This document shows positions 61,656 through 64,000 of a DNA stretch of 64,000 nucleotides, in pieces. The notes beneath the pieces are model-generated. The model saw only the letters and a program-made list of their open reading frames with translations. It was not told where the DNA came from and made no database searches. Both the position numbers and the translations under genes were made by a program. The DNA comes from Rhizophagus irregularis (taxonomy: Eukaryota). The stretch is from assembly GCF_026210795.1 (NCBI RefSeq), contig NC_089429.1, positions 62,001 to 126,000 on the forward strand. Direction: 5' to 3'. Each line of letters begins with the position of its first letter. Positions within the stretch are counted from its first letter, which is position 1.

Positions 61656-64000
61656 GAGGATCATCGCAACTCTTTCCTGAAATCTTGAAAATACTAATAA
61701 ATTTAATTTTTGAAATTTTCGTTCAAAAATTTCTAAGTGCTCATTTAAAATACTAATTATTCCCCGTTGCTTTTCTCTTTACTGAGCTTTATACTATGAC
61801 TACACCTACAGCTCCTTCTGTTATTAACCTGGATATTCTACCGCCACCGCGTCCTGTTACTTCTGCTCCCTCTGGAGACTGACCTTTATCTCCCACCAAT
61901 ACTGCTGGTGCACCAACCAAACGATCACGTACTGTTTCTGATGACGCTATGAATGTTAATATAATTTCGCCCTCTGCTTTTGCTCCCACACTTATTTATA
62001 CCGTTCCTTCTGGTCTTCCTATCAACAAAGTCCAAGTGATTACCTCTCCTCATAATACTACTACTCCTGTTGAAACTGTTGACGCTTCTATCCATGCTCT
62101 CACTAACACCAGTAGTAAAGGCAAAGCTGTTGCCTTCAAAGTCCTGGAACGACAACCATCCCCAATGGTAATGCTGCCGCTATCAAATCTGCACCCTCTC
62201 GTTATCATGCTGTAGCCTATCTACACGACGCACCTGACACGTTTAAAGCTAAATTCACCACCAATCGATCCATGTGTGACGAAATGGATTGTTCACTCTC
62301 CCACTACCCTTCCTATAGCACCCGCGCACGTTGTGATGGATCAGGCTATAACAAAAAAATCCTTGTCTACTTCAATAATCATGAAGATTTTACCGATTGT
62401 GTCAACTTCCCACGTACCAATCTCCTCGATTTGGCCTTTACACATTATTCCCCTGCAGATGTCAAGCTTAGCGACGAAGCGAAATCTTTATTCGTCACCG
62501 ATATCCCACTTTTTCTAAACGAAACACAAGTCCGTTAGGCGTTTTCTCAATATGGTACTGTGATTAAGTGCAAACTTACCCCTAGGAAACATTACTGTAA
62601 TGGACACATCCAATTTTCTTCTGCTGATGCAGTTACCCAATTTAATGATATCTGGGCGATCATTTGCTTAGGCAATTCTTTACGTGTCTACCTGGCATCT
62701 TTCTTAAAATTCCAACGTGATAGTCGTAGAAAACATGTTGCTATCCTTGCTTGCATTCCAAAAAAATATTAGGGAAGCTGACCTTTTAGAAATTGCTAAC
62801 CAAGTCAACGCTAAGGCTCTTAACGTCCCCCTTTCTATCAGTTCTTACAAGCCTAAACCCTATGTATATATGAATTTCTCCTCATTTGACACTCTTGAAG
62901 CTGCAAAAGAGATGACTGTAGCTTTCCGCGGCAAAGGGTTGATGTGGCACCCTCCCAATGATGCACACACTTTATGCCATGTTTGTGAGAGTCCTGGTTG
63001 TTTCCTTTCTGTGTGTAATCCTCGTTTTACACGTAAAGTGAATGATCGTCTTACCAAATTATATTCATGCTTTAATGCTATTCCTCAACGTGGTCATCAG
63101 GATTCGCACCAATCACATGACAAATCCAATTCCCATTCAAGATCGCGATCCAATTCTAGATCCCGCAATAATTTTTTTTCACCCCGATCCAGCAATAGCA
63201 ATAATAATCCTAATATTTCTCGTCCTGAAACCTCCTCATATAACAACCAGAATAATAACAATAATAATAACAAACCCAGAAATAATGAAACTTCTTCAGG
63301 TTCTACTCAATCTTCACACAAATCTTAGCCTAATAAATCTATACCTGTTTCTCCATCTAACAATTCTGCCTTTACGCTTCCTCAACATATTATTGATGAT
63401 TTAAAAGCGCAGATTAATAAGATTGCTAATACCCTCTATACTCTCAATGAAACTGTCTCCTGGATGTAGGAAACTATCACGCAACATGAGTATAGACTAT
63501 CTGAGCTCGAATCAATGATGAATTATGATAATCCTGGTGACTCAGATTTATATCTGCCTCATGATGATCATGAAAACTATTCCCATGGTAATGGATAGGA
63601 TGATGAACCAACCCGAAAAACGAATTCACGATCCAATCTTCCTCCTTATACTTCCTCTTCTCTTATAGACACCTCTCCTAATACCTCCTTTTCAACTTTG
63701 GATCCTAACTCCGTCTTATCTAGTAGACATGTCCCTTTACCAAACTCATGATCCAACATTATTGCCCCTGATGCTACTACTTCCCGTCTACAATTGGAAA
63801 TTTCTAATGTTACTAATGTACATAAGAATCTTTCTGCTCAACTTGGTTTGATTATGGATGAATTGGACTCCTTCTCCCTCAAACCTTTCCCCTTCTAATG
63901 ATTAAACACCAACTTAATTTGGGTGATTTACAGGGATTTTACCCTACTAATAGTGCGATACCTGATAATGCTAATCATAATAATTTTCCCCTTTCCTCTT
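61656..64000 (+). mobile_element. LINE-B copy 4, 5' part (runs off the window), ORF1 heavily decayed
   Basis: Same 5' start GAGGATCATCGCAACTC; ORF1 fragments with many stops. Confidence 0.9.

Noticed and set aside
39690..63404. Numerous antisense and alternate-frame ORFs overlapping LINE ORFs
   Set aside because: These are shadow frames or frameshifted fragments of ORF1/ORF2, repeated only because the LINE is repeated.
39558..64000. Telomeric HeT-A/TART- or SART-like array
   Set aside because: No telomeric repeats at junctions; the separator is host DNA-transposon sequence.

Overview
Eukaryotic, very AT-rich, transposon-dense genomic DNA with short GT-AG introns. The gene families resemble those of a glomeromycotan (Rhizophagus-like) fungus; this is inference. 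Bases 1-34,500 hold decayed DNA transposons and MITEs, LINE fragments, and two related gene blocks encoding nuclease-fold proteins (SAM+PD-(D/E)xK, Uma2-like, Swt1-like HEPN), RING proteins and a shared unnamed helical domain. One block (8.1 kb) splits a MULE-type transposase. The most striking structure is a family of poly(A)-less non-LTR retrotransposons (RRM/Zn ORF1; APE endonuclease-RT-RNase H-Zn ORF2) with a ~1 kb tRNA-headed SINE-like partner. These insert repeatedly at fixed ~15-bp sites inside non-autonomous DNA transposons. Three different sites are used: TGGTTTTTGACCAGT (both TIRs of a CACTG MITE), GGAAAAGGATAAAACT and ATAATCACCAAATAT (both inside a pogo-like element). The last carries a >25 kb head-to-tail array of at least 6 units, each separated by the identical 15-mer, with decay apparently increasing away from the upstream end. 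All family calls come from reading motifs by eye; no searches were run.
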